Shown here: positions 47,293 to 61,278 of the stretch, piece by piece
Layout of the letters: each line of letters opens with the position of its first letter
How positions within the stretch are numbered: the first letter of the stretch is position 1
NCBI GenBank assembly: GCA_965645245.1
Contig: OZ287073.1
Coordinates: 1,240,001 to 1,304,000 of the forward strand
Direction: 5' to 3'
Length of the DNA: 64,000 bases
Source: Massalongia carnosa
Lineage: Eukaryota
Made by a program: the position numbers and the translations under genes
The notes under the pieces: generated by a model
What the model saw: the letters and a program-made list of their open reading frames with translations, nothing else
Told to the model about the DNA's origin: nothing
Database searches by the model: none

Positions 47293-49230
47293 TACTGAGG
47301 CAAGGCAATGGTGGTGCAAAACTTGAGATTCTGCTCCGCTTGCAAGCTTCTCTTATAGCGCTTTTTGCTCATGATTCTCGTAGCCCGAGAGGAGTCTTGA
47401 AATCCTAACAATCGTAACTCTTCTCTTTCGTTAGATTCTGTGTCTAGCTTTCAAGTCTTCTGGACTGTGATTCATCGATAGACCTACCTTCAAAGTTACA
47501 TACTGGCAAAGGCATCATTGGTGCTGTTGCTACCATCAGTTTGGTCGTTACTGAAAGTCGGATTCTTGGGATTTCTTAGGTTCTTAAGATGTAATTGCAA
47601 TCTTTTCTGGCAGTTCGGAAGCCGGGCCCAATCCAGATGGTGATATTGAGATACATTTATTCGCATCAGCTACGATACCTTGGAAAAAGACGAGTGTAAT
47701 CTCACTCTTGCTTCTACTACAAATATCAATTTAGGTCTGATCAAATTAGAGCGTTAGTTAAAGCGTTTCAAGCAGGCTTTGGCGTTTTTGCGGCCTTTGA
47801 TGCGTTAACAGGAGGCTGCGAATCTTGATCCATGCGAAATAGCCACAGTATAATCATCTGGCATTGGACTGGGAGAATGCGGCTCTAAATTTAGTATTTG
47901 CAGAGATGTTAAATGAGCTAGAAAGGCTAAACAGAACAACAGATCGTAATTCTTGCATCGGATACGCCTTTACGCCTAACGATCGATAAGACGTCTATCT
48001 TCGCGGCGGCACTTGCAAATTGAAATTATGAAAAAATTCGAAGATGGAATCCTCTCATTCCTGATTGTCTCTGCGAATCCGGGGGTTTATTTTGTATGAC
48101 ATTCTGCCAAGGACAAAGAGTACAGAACAATCAGGTCTCTGAGAAATCAAAGCCAAACAGAGTTTCTGCAGAAACCCGTATGGGAAGATCTGGAATTTGT
48201 TCCCACCTTTACAAGAACTTAACAACTAGATCTATTTTTCAACAGCTGGCACGGGAATCGGGATTTACCTTTGCGACTTCGGGTTGGCTCCTACATATAA
48301 GGGGTTCGCCTTACCCTAGATCGATTGAAGTTTGCCGAAAATGTTGTCAGATCAAGGTCGGATCTAGCGGTCAATTACCATGGGCTAAATAAGATCGCCA
48401 GAATCAAATACGGGTGAGCAAGAAAACAATTTAGTTCTTCTGAACTCCACGAGCCTGACCTTTTTTTTATAATGTGCTGGGGAAGATGATTACAGCTCTC
48501 CAACATCGATAATCAGCGGGGGGAAGGTCAATGGGGCACACAACCGTAGTGCCCGGCCTCGTAGTGTATTTCCTATTACTTCCACTGCTAAGTGGTATCC
48601 TACCTATTGATGTTGAATTTCCTAAGACTGTTATCAACAACGTGATGTACAAAGCGTACGCATATAAAGACAATTTGTATGCGGAATATGTTGGATCCGA
48701 TACAGTCAGGACCGAATGATCAACTTGGATACGTACCTTATGAAGAGAAAAAGGGGAAGGCTATTCACAAAATCATTTGGAAAGGAAGTGAATTGTTTTC
48801 ACTTTCTGCCTAGCTTCATGCACTAACCCGTTCACATGCCGGCTGCCTGCCGGCTCGGTGTTGACTTCACCAAGCTGATGCATGGGATATAACTGGATTT
48901 GTTTTCATTGAGATACCTCTTTCAAGTTTTTTTGCTAATTCAACAGGAATTATAGGTTTGAGGCCCTGGCCTGATTGAACTTTAAGTCGGAGTTGATGGT
49001 CAGGGGCTGAGCCTGAAACCAAAGCCTTAGAGGCTTCCCGCTTTTTTTCAGTGGGAACGAGTGTCATAAAACGACAGAAACAGCCTTTTTTGTCCATACC
49101 TTTTGACTAGCTCACCTAGCCACTCTAGTGCAGGTCAGCTATATATAAATTCACTTTTCTACCAAGAGGCCATTAATGACAATTTTAACAAACTTTCCTT
49201 TCTCTGTTTGTCGAGATCATTCTGCCCAAT

Positions 49231-50212
49231 ATGCGTCTTCTTCCTTTCGTCGGAATCGTATTAGTGGTCGCAACCAACGCCTCTGCACAAACTGAAGGTA
49301 ACCTTCAAGACTTATGGACGACCCCGCCTGCTTCCGCAGAGAATCCAACCACGAATAACTTCGTTGCCACAGCTGATTCAAGTAATGATGCTTATGGAAC
49401 GCTAAACCCAGAGAACACAGACACTGCCTGAATTAATGATCGCCGACGCTACAAACCAAAACAATGCGCCTTGCCCAGATAAACAAGATACGAAAGATGA
49501 ATCGAATGGCATAAAAATCGGTTGGTCACAATTTCTTTCACATCTCAAGGGCCCCATTTCAGACCGGGTTCCACTCACCGAACATTCAAATTATATAGCC
49601 GAAAAGGGTCCGGCCTGCCTTGCCCCAGGGACCAGCCTCGAAACTCCTGATTACTCCAACCCTAAGGAGTTAACGCCTGAGGAGCGGTTCAAGCCTCCGC
49701 CCAATAGTCGCAAACCCGGTGAAATCCTCTACGACAGTGTACGAGGATTCTGGAACAACCTCAACCTCGGAGGACCCATGCTTTCGCGGACGCCCGAATG
49801 CAGGGACTCACGTAAGAAACCAGCATGCTGCAAAGGCAAATTAGTTCCCTTTCAATGGCTTAAACCACTGGGACGCGCGAAAGATTGCAGTTGGTGTAAG
49901 GGAGTTCCTCTTTCATAGCGTGTTGGTCGAACTCGAACCAGATGCGCTGACGGGGCTTGCATATAGACCCAGACTGGAAATGTCATGAGTATCACATATA
50001 CTGTTGCGAAGAAATTGTGGATAGGGTATGGCTTCCTGCGCTCTTCCTCTCTGCAATGAATCCAAGGTTCGCCTAGTCTAACCTAGATCTTAAACCATAT
50101 AGTACGAATCGAATGTAAGAGGCTCGGTTTCTTTCTCTCTTCTATGGCTCATTTCCGGAATGCGCGGGTTGAGACTTTTCACGACGGCAAGGCCATTGAC
50201 ATCTTTGAGTAG
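49231..50212 (+). pseudogene. Small secreted cysteine-rich protein with a frameshift
   Basis: Signal peptide MRLLPFVGIVLVVATNASA; stop at 49429-31 while the +1 frame continues to CRDSRKKPACCKG..DCSW, then a GTAAGG intron and WKCHEYHIYCCE; last exon uncertain. Confidence 0.55.
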
Positions 50213-51286
50213 ATATTGTACACCAATATGGGATATTGGTGCGAATGAGTTCGATTACAAGTTTCTTGACACGATTGGAATCCATACGCTGGTTTAAACC
50301 CGATACAGTTTCAGATTTCGATGGATTTTTTCTTCTTTAAAACACTGATTAACTAAATCGTGTTTTTTTCGACATTTTATGCATAAGAAGATTTGACGTG
50401 TTGACTATATAGATACCTTACTTTTTCCGAAGTTTTTTTTCACTTGAATTTATAGTATTTAAGGTATACTGCTTAACCAAACCAATAAAATGCAAGCGCA
50501 GAAAAGCATACTTAATTAGACAAGCAAGAAAGCGATTAAAGCAGGTAAGTGCCAAATATGAGCGAGAAAGAGCGGAAGTAAGAATGAATGAAAGACCTGG
50601 CTGGATTGAGGGCGACGAGGAAGGTTGCGGTTACTATCAATATCAATACCAAGATCATCATCATAAACATTCCCCCGACACGTGCGCTTAAAAACCCTGC
50701 TCAGCTCCTTCGATTCCATCTCATCTTCTCCGCAAGCCCAAGCCCAAGCCCTCCCCTCCTCGAACAGCAACCTTGAGACGGAAAAAGAGGTGGTTATAAC
50801 GGGGAGAAAGGCAGGTTATTTGATTTATTTTCTTTTCATCAAAAGCTGCTAGAAGAAAAGCTGAGCTACCTACATTGCCCCCTACTATCTACTATTTGCT
50901 GGGTATTTCCTTCGTCCCCGTGTCCCACCCGACCGTAACTGGGATGTTCCCCACACAAAAAGAGAAAGGTCTTACAACCTTTTTTCCTATTGGGGTAACT
51001 TGAAGAACCATTGTGAAAAGTTGTTTGGTTATTTGCTGTCCTAGTTTCTCAAATCGTCTCGCTAAAAGGTCATTGGTAGGGAATAAACCTTACCCCCTTG
51101 TAGGCGAACCGAATACAGAACTACCATCCTCCTGTTGAAGCATCTTGAAAGATCATCCGGCTCGCCGATAGCTGTAAGAGAATACTGATCATACATTTTG
51201 AAAAACGCCCGCTCTTTTTGGAATTCCAGAAATTTAGAAATCGCCCTCACCATTTTCTGCGCCCCTAGTCCCACCCACATCGGGGA

Positions 51287-53501
51287 CTATCGTCGAATCG
51301 TCCAAGATCGCATGGCAATTCCGCAAAGCCTCTGAATTACCTGTGTCGTTCCCTTGCCGGTAGCTTCGTCCTCGATGAACTTCTTGGCGACATACAGTTT
51401 CGCCCTTGCGTCTTGCTCATCGTTGCTTGCCGGCTGCTGCAGATTATCCGGGAACTCAGCCATTCGTTGCCCAACATGCCGGGCAATGGCAATAGAATAT
51501 ATGACGTCACGATTCTCGCGGCTATCGAGAAGGTTGCGACAGCTACCAAGCGTGTCATCAATCTCTTTCGCAGAACTGGCTTCGTCGTCACGTATGGTGA
51601 GGAAGGTATGCATAAGCCGCCAGAATTCTCGTTCACGGAACTTCAGCTGATCATCAAAGACTGTACCATTGCGCGTGGTCTCGGTGGACGTTGGTGCTTC
51701 AACATCAAGATACTGCCCTGACACGAGATGCTCGAAGATTTCAAGCCTTCTGGCAGCGTCATGAACACCATCATTGACTTCTAGATAATTGACCTGGCCG
51801 TTAGTAGGATTCGGTGTGTTGGCGACAAGCCGGCATAACCCCATCGTGGCCCAGATTACAGTAGCTTCGAGACTTTGGGTAGCGGCAGTAGGGTGGTAGT
51901 AATTAGGAGCTGAGGGGTCTATGCTGAATCTTGATATTAACGTTGCAAATTGTTCACAAAGGCGCGCATCATGTAGTAAGTGAGACAATCCTCGCAGCTG
52001 AAACCAGCGGGTCTCGAGGAATTTGTCGATGGCAGGCGCATACATGCTGGAGTAAACGCTCTTGATTTCATCGTACGTGGAAGGCATTATCGGAGCGGGT
52101 GGAGCCAATGGTGGAGGAGGTACCCCTCCTATCGCGAGGAGATCATCCATCTTGGACCGCTTTGCTGGAAAACTCGTGTAAGCAGGAGCGAGTTGGTGGA
52201 ACGGCCGTAGGTAACTGGGCTTGGATGGACGTCAATCCGGGGAGACTCACCTTTGTGGTTTGGTTGATCCTGTACGCTCGGTTGATACGGACTCGCATTG
52301 CCTAGTCCTTGTTTAAAATCCGTAGTGCCATCGAATGTAGAGGTAGGGATCTGCATTTGCGCAGCGCCACCTCCGTCTAAAGCTGGATCTATTGCAGTAC
52401 TGTAGTCAAAGGGTTCGCTCGAGGAACCCGGCGAGCTTCCGCTGACTGAGAGCGTAGGTGCATACGCTTGAGCGGATACGGGCATATATCCTTGAGGTGG
52501 AGGGGGGTAAGGTGACGAAGTGGCTGACATGGTCTGCATCGAGGGCGCCGAGCTGGGAGCAGGCTGTATAGCTGGAGGTCCCGGTTGTGATTTGAAGATC
52601 GGGTCGTACCCTAAGCATTCTCTTTTGCTCTTTTGACAATTTCGGCACGATGGATGTGCTTCATCGCACTATGAATCCAAATTACCATCTGTTAGCATAT
52701 CATGTCAAGGTAAACCAAAGCAAGGTTGTTGGATGGTGACCACAAAAATCTCAACGTGCGAGGAAGTCGCCAAACCCCAGGTCATGCTCTCGCTTGCGCG
52801 GGTCCTTACTAGCCGATAGCAGAAAACGAGAAATTCGGTAAATGCTAAACGAATACAACAACAACTGATCCAAGTTCAAAAGACCATTCATATGCTGAAT
52901 GGCTTGCGTGCACATGATCCGAATATAAACATCGTACCTTAATGCGCCGCTTGCGACACGTCAGACATCCAGTCTTCGTCCTTCGCTTGATTTCTTTTTT
53001 ATGTCTTCCACCCGACATGATCCTTCCATCAGGCGGGGGTAAAGGGTAGCGAAGCGGTTGATTCGGATCAGAGGTAACGTTCAAGTGTTGCGGTGTCGGC
53101 AGTGATTGACCTTGATTATGGTAATACTGGCCCATCTGCGTCATCGACGGTGGCAGGCTTGATCCTATTGTGGCTTGTCCTCCTTGTTGTTGTTGTTGTT
53201 GTTGTTGTTGGTGCTGTTGTTGGTGCTGTTGTTGTTGCTGGTGCTGCTGTTGCTGGTGCTGCTGTTGATGCGACTGTTGCGACTGTTGTGACTGAGGGCG
53301 GCCGTCAATGGTTCGAATCGGAGGCAAGCTCAGCGAAGGTAGCGACACGTTGGAACCGGTCGGAGACGCACGATATGGTTCAGTGCCTTGGCCTTGGGCA
53401 GGAGGCGGATAGGCGTAAGCAGACATTGATGGCGAAGGATAGGAGTGCGGTGATGGATATGAAGTTGGTTGACGCGACTGGTTATTATTCTGTTGCGCCA
53501 T
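51287..53501 (-). CDS. oefC: Zn(II)2Cys6 transcription factor, OefC-like
   Basis: MSGGRHKKEIKRRTKTGCLTCRKRRIK/CDEAHPSCRNCQKSKRECLGYDP, polyQ tract, C-terminal ENRDVIYSIAIARH and GKGTTQVIQRLC. Confidence 0.85.
53184..53270 (-). repeat. CAA/CAG/CAC trinucleotide tract encoding polyQ/H
   Basis: Read directly; lies in exon 1 of the Zn2Cys6 gene. Confidence 0.9.
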
Positions 53502-56500
53502 GATCGCAAGAAATAAATTATTTGGGGGACGTTTGAGGATGCCGCAATGTTTTGCTCTAGGCGCGCGACGCTTTGTGGTGATGCAGCAGTGGCATGTAAG
53601 GCCGATTAAGAAAAAAAGAAAATTCGTGGCGTTGTTTCTAGAAGGTCACTCGGAATCTAGGATTATTGTGCTGAAAGATTCCTGGCAGAGAAGGGTCGCA
53701 TCAAGATCTCTCGGATCGCAATCGGTAATAGCGCCGACAATCTCCCGCTCCATCAACAATTTCAAGCGTTAGATAGGATTGAAAGTGTTGTTTAATTCAT
53801 CATAGAATTCATTCATCCATTAGCGTCTGAGTGGCGAGTATCCTTTGCATCGCCTTGCACTCCCTACCATCCTTTGTCAAGCGAGGGGGGTCCCGAGTAC
53901 TGGGTGCTTTGGGGGGAAGGGGGCGGGTTTTTTTGATTTTTTAACGATTATTTTCGATTTGTGAAGGGGAAATGGGTTATGGATTGGGGGTTGGATGTGA
54001 TGGGCGGATAGGATGATGATAGGCTGATAGGTCGATAGGTTGATAGGATAGGTAGGTGAACAGGAGGATTAGGTATGGTAGGTAAGTTAAGGTAGATCAC
54101 GGAGGTAAAGTAAGGTAAGTTTGAAAACTGTACAGAAGACTCTGGAGCATGTATGGAATTTGATGAGAAAGAGAAGCGCGAAAGGTTGCGTGAAATATTT
54201 TGAAACGTAATCAGCCCGAGTCTCGAAACAGACTAGTGGCGACACCTCCCACGCTTCTGTCATCCCAGTCTCTTCATATTTTCCTTCCCTGAAAAAGCAA
54301 AAGAAGTAAAGGAAGCAATCGAGTGGAAAAGAAAAGAAAAGAAAAAGACGTCCGACCTGCTCTCTCTCTCTCTCTCTCTCTATCTCACACACAAAATCTC
54401 TCGATCTCTCGAGGTCCTTTCCCTTACGTTTTCCCAATGCTCCCAAAGACCTCGCGCGCGGCTGGGCTGTTGGTGGTTGAGTGGTTCGCTGCGTGCCCTT
54501 GATTTATTACGTGTATGCAAGATGTCCGCTGGTAAAGTATTGCGGAGAACCACGAGCCCAATCCCTTCCCTTCGGATTGAGCTTACCGGAAAAATCACCG
54601 TCCAGCTGCTGTGTTCCGCGACCCAGAAGGAAAAAGCGAGGAGAAAAGACCTGCGACGCTGCGCACAAAAGTACCTTGCCTGGGTATGCATGCGGGGCAC
54701 CATGCCGAGTCCAGTCGATCGCAAGGAAGACTTGTAGCATATGCTCTGCACGGAGTACTTCCTCCACAGGGCATGGATGTACGTTCCCCACGTATCCTCC
54801 AGGTACTTATACTCTGTAGCTACGAACGGGTTTCCTTGGCCATCAAATTTAAAGCATGTCAATCAATGTCAGATACCATCACGTAACATCACGTAATGTC
54901 AATTGTCTACACCAGACCAGACCGTACGGAGTACCTGGTAATTATGTAGCCAAGATAACTAAAAGACACTCCATACGAGGATAGTGATGGCAGCTGAATG
55001 GGGAAACGAGAAAGGTGCTGAATAGAGCATCTGAGTATTCATGGCATAGCCACTCGACAGACTGTCTATAGGTATAAAGTACCCCGTACTCTGTACAAAG
55101 GAAGACTTAGTGCACCAGTACAGAGTAATACGTCAAGGATACTCCTGGTACGGTCACTGTGCCTGACTCGTTAGTCGTCGCGTTACACAAAACCCGTTGG
55201 ATCCGTCGGCAAACCTGCCTTACCGTACAGCGTACCCTGTACAGAGTACACTAAGGCGTACCCGAGCTGAGATACGTAGGTAGGCACGGATAAGCTTGAC
55301 CTATCAACGCGTTTCAACATCTTTCCCAGTGATGAAGTTCCAGGACGCAACAACAGCCTCCGAATAATCCAGGAGACAATGGGGAAGCACATCTACTATG
55401 GCCGCGCATCTGCAAGACGAGTGGTCATGCGTCGCAAGGCTCACGGCGTGTGCGCCTTGTTGGACCGCGTAGAAACGGGCAGCAAGTAGGAAGAGGGGAA
55501 CGATAGAGGTCGAAAGGGTGAAGCAAAGAACGCCTCCTTAGCTTCAACACTAGGCTCCGCTGTGCCGAGAGTATACCGGTTTTTTCTAGAAAGATAATCG
55601 AAGGAAATTGGAAGGATGATGGTAGGCGACCGTTCTTTGCGCAAGCCACCGCACCGAGCTAAACACGGTTGTTTGAACGACGCACATTTTCATTCGGCAA
55701 TGCAGGCATTGCAGAAAGGCGGACTCTAATAGCTCGCCCGTCCGTCCCAGACCGATAGAGTACCAAATACAGATGTATCTACATAAGCATGGATACATAC
55801 CAAAGGTAGAGTACAAGGTACTTAACGGAGACAAAAGTACCGAGTCGCCTTCCGTCTGTTTTGGTATGGACAAGACCACGAACGAGACCATTTTCACCTA
55901 CCGTAAGATACTGTAAGGTACCTCACGATGCCGCAAGACTATGTTTCGTAGCCTCCGTATTTTATCCTGCCATACCTTTTCTCATCAGGGCAGTGCCCGT
56001 CTCCCATACTGGCGCTAGGGCCACTTTTGTATTTGAAACCGATAGACGGAAGTCCCAACTCTCAAAGGTAAGAGTCCGCCAGATCTAGAACTACCATGCC
56101 TTCCTAAGCATTCTCTTGCACGATCCCTCCGCTTGTGCAATAAGCTTTTCAGCATGTGTGCTCGATCTGGAGAGGCAAATCGTATTCCGGCACTCGTATC
56201 GAAAGCATGCCTTGGTCCCTGGCTTGGGTGTGGGATGAGAAGCTACCTAAGAAGTTTAGAAGCGACCACATTTCCCTCACGTCAGTCAACATACTCAAAT
56301 CGAGCGACGGACGCTCTACGAAGCAGGTGCTCACGTCAGAATACGGAAGGCTTTTCTGCAGCTCTGATGTACGCTGCAATGTTGAACATCATCCGTAAAG
56401 ATGTATGGTGGATCCTGGGCTGGCGCTATGGGCCGATATCGAAGGAAACTAGGAGAAAGGCAAAGCTTACCCCTCATCCATAGGCTCTCTAGTGTTGGTG

Positions 56501-57574
56501 CATCGTGTCCAAGTGACGCACTCGGCAAGCGAGGGGATTTCTCCATCGCATCCGAGCCAAGTACAGAATACCCTTCGAGCGGATACATGGCGACGAAGCA
56601 TATCAGCTCGCGGCACCGTATCCATCCACGTTCGCTCCAACCAATATGATCGGGGTATACTCAAGCCTAACAGCAGGTTTAGTGGACGATCGGCTGCAAA
56701 GGCTAGCTGCAGCGTTAGGCATCAACCCATGAAAAAGTCCGAGACCTCGTGAAAGTGCGGGCGGCTACGCTGATAGGAATTGCGCAATCCAAGGCTTTCG
56801 TACATTTAGTGGCTAAACGAAGCCTCGCTCACTTGCCATGTGTGACGGTGACACGAGACTTAGGCGATTGGCCGATTGATTTACCGCTGACGATCATTGT
56901 TTCGTCATGAAGTATTCGACGAGCACTATGAATAGCACACGAGAGTGAAACGAAGCTAGGAACGGGGAAGTATCTGCATTGATCGGATCACGTTTGGGAT
57001 TTCCCTGCACCGAATTCAGTAGGTGTCGTGCTGCAGTCGTCAAATATAGATCGAAAACCTTCAATATACGTAGCAAGCGTTTATAGGGCTTTGATTCTTT
57101 TTAGAACTCACGACCTGTACCGAGTATACTCAAGAGTAGCTTGATGCGGCTATCAATGTGATTGAAAGACGCGTTGTAGGTGGTATAGACCGCAGATGGC
57201 CCCACAGGCGGGGGAGTGACAGGCTAAAACGGCATGTTGCTCGTTGCGAAGACTTGAGCCTCAAGATCTGGCGCTTCGCTTGGATATGAACCATTTTAGT
57301 CATGATGAGAATGGCTGCATACGCATAACAGACAAACTCTGGAACAAGCAAGCGTGGAAGCCATGTACAGAGTACTTGGCCTTGCAACAATCCAACATTT
57401 CGATAGCGCAAGACGCCAAACGATAAGTGATCGTGACTTTCTTTGGACGATATCTTAATCAAACGAGGTAGGTATGTCGGTTCTTGATAGAGGTCCATAA
57501 CCTTGAAGCAGCAAAAGGGATCCTTTTTGAGAATTTTGTTTCATCAACATTACACCCCGAACTCGGATTGGAGA

Positions 57575-59777
57575 TTAAGAGTCCGTCAGGACCTTAGTCC
57601 AATCAAACTTATACCAGCGCTTCCGAAAACCATCAACCCTTCCGTCTCTGCCTCTGGTCCATCTTCCCTCTCTTTTGATTACATCTGGCCCCTTCTCAAG
57701 CATACCCCCTATAATCTCTCGGGCAAACAAGTCGCCCTTTGGCCATCGGTTAGCATCCTCAACAATATGTCCAAGCCCACCGTCAATCTCAAACCAAACA
57801 TGAAAATACGGCATCTCCTTCACCAGAGTTCGACTGAAAGCCAGTTTTCCTAAGCCCTGCTTGGCTTTAGCCAGTGTGTCAATGATCTTCTTATGTTGAC
57901 TCCATTCTTCATCAGACGACAGAATTGCCTCCTTGAAGAAAGCGGGTGCTGTTTCACCAAGGCTGTATGGAAGCGGCACTGCTTCTATCCTTGCGTGTTT
58001 CTTTCGCTGAGGCACAGCGGCGTTTTCGTAAAAAATCACGTCACGGCCTTGATCGTGATACATCCGGGTAAGGCACTTCATGAAGTTCTGGGAATGTTTT
58101 AGGGATGTGCCCGCATAAGCCAGTGGAGATGAAACTTTACTCTAATCTCCTCCCACTCATCTTCGTCACACTCGAGTAGATTTCCTCGATGTTGGATAGG
58201 CACGATCATCGCTCCGCCCTCGCTAATCTCAGGTTCTGTAGGCAAGGTAAGATACACCCTGGTAGCTAGAGATACTACCGGTGCAACGGGAGGAAGATTT
58301 CGATCTTCTTGGTGACAGAGAGGGCAACTATCGAGGATACGATTTATCTTTTGAAAGTCTGATATGGCAATATTCTTAAGGTTAATTTCAGATTTCTGGA
58401 CACGCTTTGCTAATTTATTTGCGTTCTCATCCATGTAGTCTAAATCATTCTTGAAAATGTTTAGTAAATGCATCCCAAGGAGAGAATGTATCGATTTACA
58501 ATAAATTTACCATCTTTGGCTATTCGTTCGGCGAAGCGTCTCCCATCGCCTCCAGCTTGATTTCGCATACGCCTCTCCTCTCGGACCATATCTTCCACAC
58601 TCATATTCTCGTTCTCCTCCACAAGCCCTCGTTCATGTCCTCGCTTGGTAGTAACAGCATTAACCTCTCCATTGCGGCCACCAGCTAACATTCTATTTTC
58701 CATTGCGGCAAGCACAACGATGCCGGGCTCTGGACGTCTTTGATATAACTCTATAGCTTGGGCGTATTCCGCTTCAAGAGCAGGCGCATCGGAGGAGCCT
58801 CTCAACTTGGCCTTGAGCATTTGTGCCTTTAGTTTGTTCAATGCCGTTGAATCCATGAGTACTCCTGCTTCTTGCGTCGTTGTCCTATTGTTATAGTCTA
58901 AGTCTTCGTTCCTTTGCACATCTTTCTTCTGAGAGTGCTTGGTGGTGTCAATTTGTGGCCCTGAATCTAATTTCCGCTCCTGGAATAGCTCTCCGCTCGG
59001 CTTTTCTTTCCCAATGTAACCTTTCCCGTAAGTTTCTCTCCGCTCGATTTCTATTTGCTCTTCTCTTGCATCATCAAATGCTCTCAGGTCACCAAATCGC
59101 TCCAGTGCAATAATCTCCACTGGCTTACCTTCCTCATCTGCTTGCCTGAAGACTGCCTTGAGTCTTGTCATGCGCCATTTGGATCCCGCATCACCAAATA
59201 CATAATCTACTTCATCACGTGCAGGCTGATCGGTGACGTCCTCGTCAATCTCTTTGCCCTCAGCTAGCTTCTGCAAGTGATGTTTGTTCAGCTCGTTCTC
59301 GTGAATCTTAAGCTCAAAATCCACCTTCAAGGAACCTGCGGGAACAGGTTCCGCACGCTTCGGGGCATTCTTGTGCCTGAGCTCAATGTCCAAACTTGAC
59401 GGAGCCTCCATCCAAGAATCTCTTCTCAACTCATTTCCAATACTTGAAAAACTCGGATTAAGTATCGATTCTGATGGCCTTGAGACGTTGATGATGGTGT
59501 TTCCCCCTCTCCTAGAGTCTCCTCCTTGCTGAATTTCACCGCCTACTGCATCTTTAATCTGTATATCACTATGCGCTCTAAAGCCATGTTCATGTTCATC
59601 AGCGTCCTTGGAATGCTTGGATCGCTTACGCCGGTGTGGGTCATCACCATTGACATGATGAGCCCTGCGATGATGCTTCCGGTGCTTTTCATGTTTTCCG
59701 TCTCTAGCGCATATATTCTCTTCGCCATCTTCGATCTTTCCTTTGAGTAAGGATTTTTCAAAGTCCTCTAAAGTCAT
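57575..59777 (-). CDS. cwf19: CWF19-like 2 (CwfJ domain) spliceosome-associated protein
   Basis: GDAGSKWRMTRL, CPLCH, IVPIQH, EWEEIR/NFMKCL, HARIEAVPLP, APAFFKEAI, MPYFHVWF, GGLGHIVED, FDWTKVL. Confidence 0.9.
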
Positions 59778-59984
59778 GATTTTGGTTGAGAAAATTGTAA
59801 TTATGATTTAATCCTAAATTCGGAAAGAAAGGTACTACTCCCGTCTTGATACACATAAGTTTTGAAGCATCCCTAATGTATCACTAGCGTGGTATGTAAT
59901 ATATTTCCACTAGGCTTTAGCTCCATTTTTTACTCTCTAACCACTTCTCTTCAAAAATATTATTACAAGAAACCATTAACAGCA

Positions 59985-61278
59985 ATGGCGGAAGTTCTAC
60001 CAGTAGCAGTCGTCTGTGTGGGTATGGCTGGTGAGCGTCCGGTTTGTTTCATTGAGATAAAGAAATAGAACAGTGCTGATTATTATCCACCAAATAGGGT
60101 CTGGCAAGACTACGTTCATGCAGAGGATCAACTCTTACCTTCATTCCAAACATGATGCGCCATACGTGATCAACCTAGACCCTGCTGTGCGCAACGTGCC
60201 ATTTGATAGCAACATCGACATTCGAGATTCACTTAATTACAAAGAAGTAATGAGAGAATATAATCTTGGTCCAAATGGTGGTATTCTCACATCTCTCAAC
60301 ATATTTGCGACCAAGATCGATCAGATCATAAGTATCCTAGAAAAGCGCGTTGTTTCCAACTCAGTTGACCCCAAAGTCAATCCGATTAAGCATATTATAG
60401 TCGATACGCCGGGACAAATTGAAGTCTTTGTTTGGAGCGCATCTGGAAGCATCTTACTCGACTCACTGGCGTCAACTTTTCCCACCGTCATTGCGTACAT
60501 TATTGATACCCCTCGCACAAGCTCAACTAGCACGTTTATGAGTAACATGTTGTATGCCTGCAGCATATTATACAAAACAAAACTGCCGATGATCCTAGTG
60601 TTCAACAAGACCGATGTTAAAGATGCGGCTTTTGCTGAAGAATGGATGACTGATTTTGAAGCCTTTCAAGCGGCCTTGAAGCAAGAAGAGGAGAGTGGTA
60701 GTTTTGGTGGGGTAGAGGGTGGAAATGGAGGATTGGGAGGGGGCAGCGGGTATATGGGGTCTTTGCTGAATAGTATGAGTCTTATGTTGGAAGAATTTTA
60801 TCGACACCTTAGTGTTGTCGGCGTTAGTTCCATGACAGGCAAAGGGATACCGGAGTTTTTTGAGGCGGTGAGTACCAAGGCGAAAGAGTTTGAGAGAGAC
60901 TACAAGCCAGAACTCGAAAAAAGGCAGCGTGAGAGGCAAGACGAGAAGGAGAATAGAAGGGAGAAGGAATTAGGCAAGCTGATGAGAGATATGAACGTTA
61001 CTGAATCGGATTCAAAGTCTTCCCGGGCTACTCGGAAGCAAAATATTGACACTGTCAGTGATGTGGAGGATGAAATGGAATCAGACATTGAGGCACAATT
61101 AGTAGAGCCCGATGAAGAGAAGCTGGATAAGGGAGCAGATCATGACGGAGTTAATGTCGATGACGGACTAGCTAATCGATACCAGCAAGCTTTGCGGGAT
61201 GAGGGAGGCTCAAAAACAGGACCCTCGGGTGACGACAATAGCTTCACAAGGTACTTACGAGCAAGTGAAATGAGCTGA
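59985..61278 (+). CDS. NPA3: GPN-loop GTPase 1
   Basis: [54 protein letters not shown]. Confidence 0.95.

Noticed and set aside
53500..57500. Many short overlapping ORFs
   Set aside because: No recognisable domains or consistent splice structure; treated as the long upstream region of the transcription factor gene.
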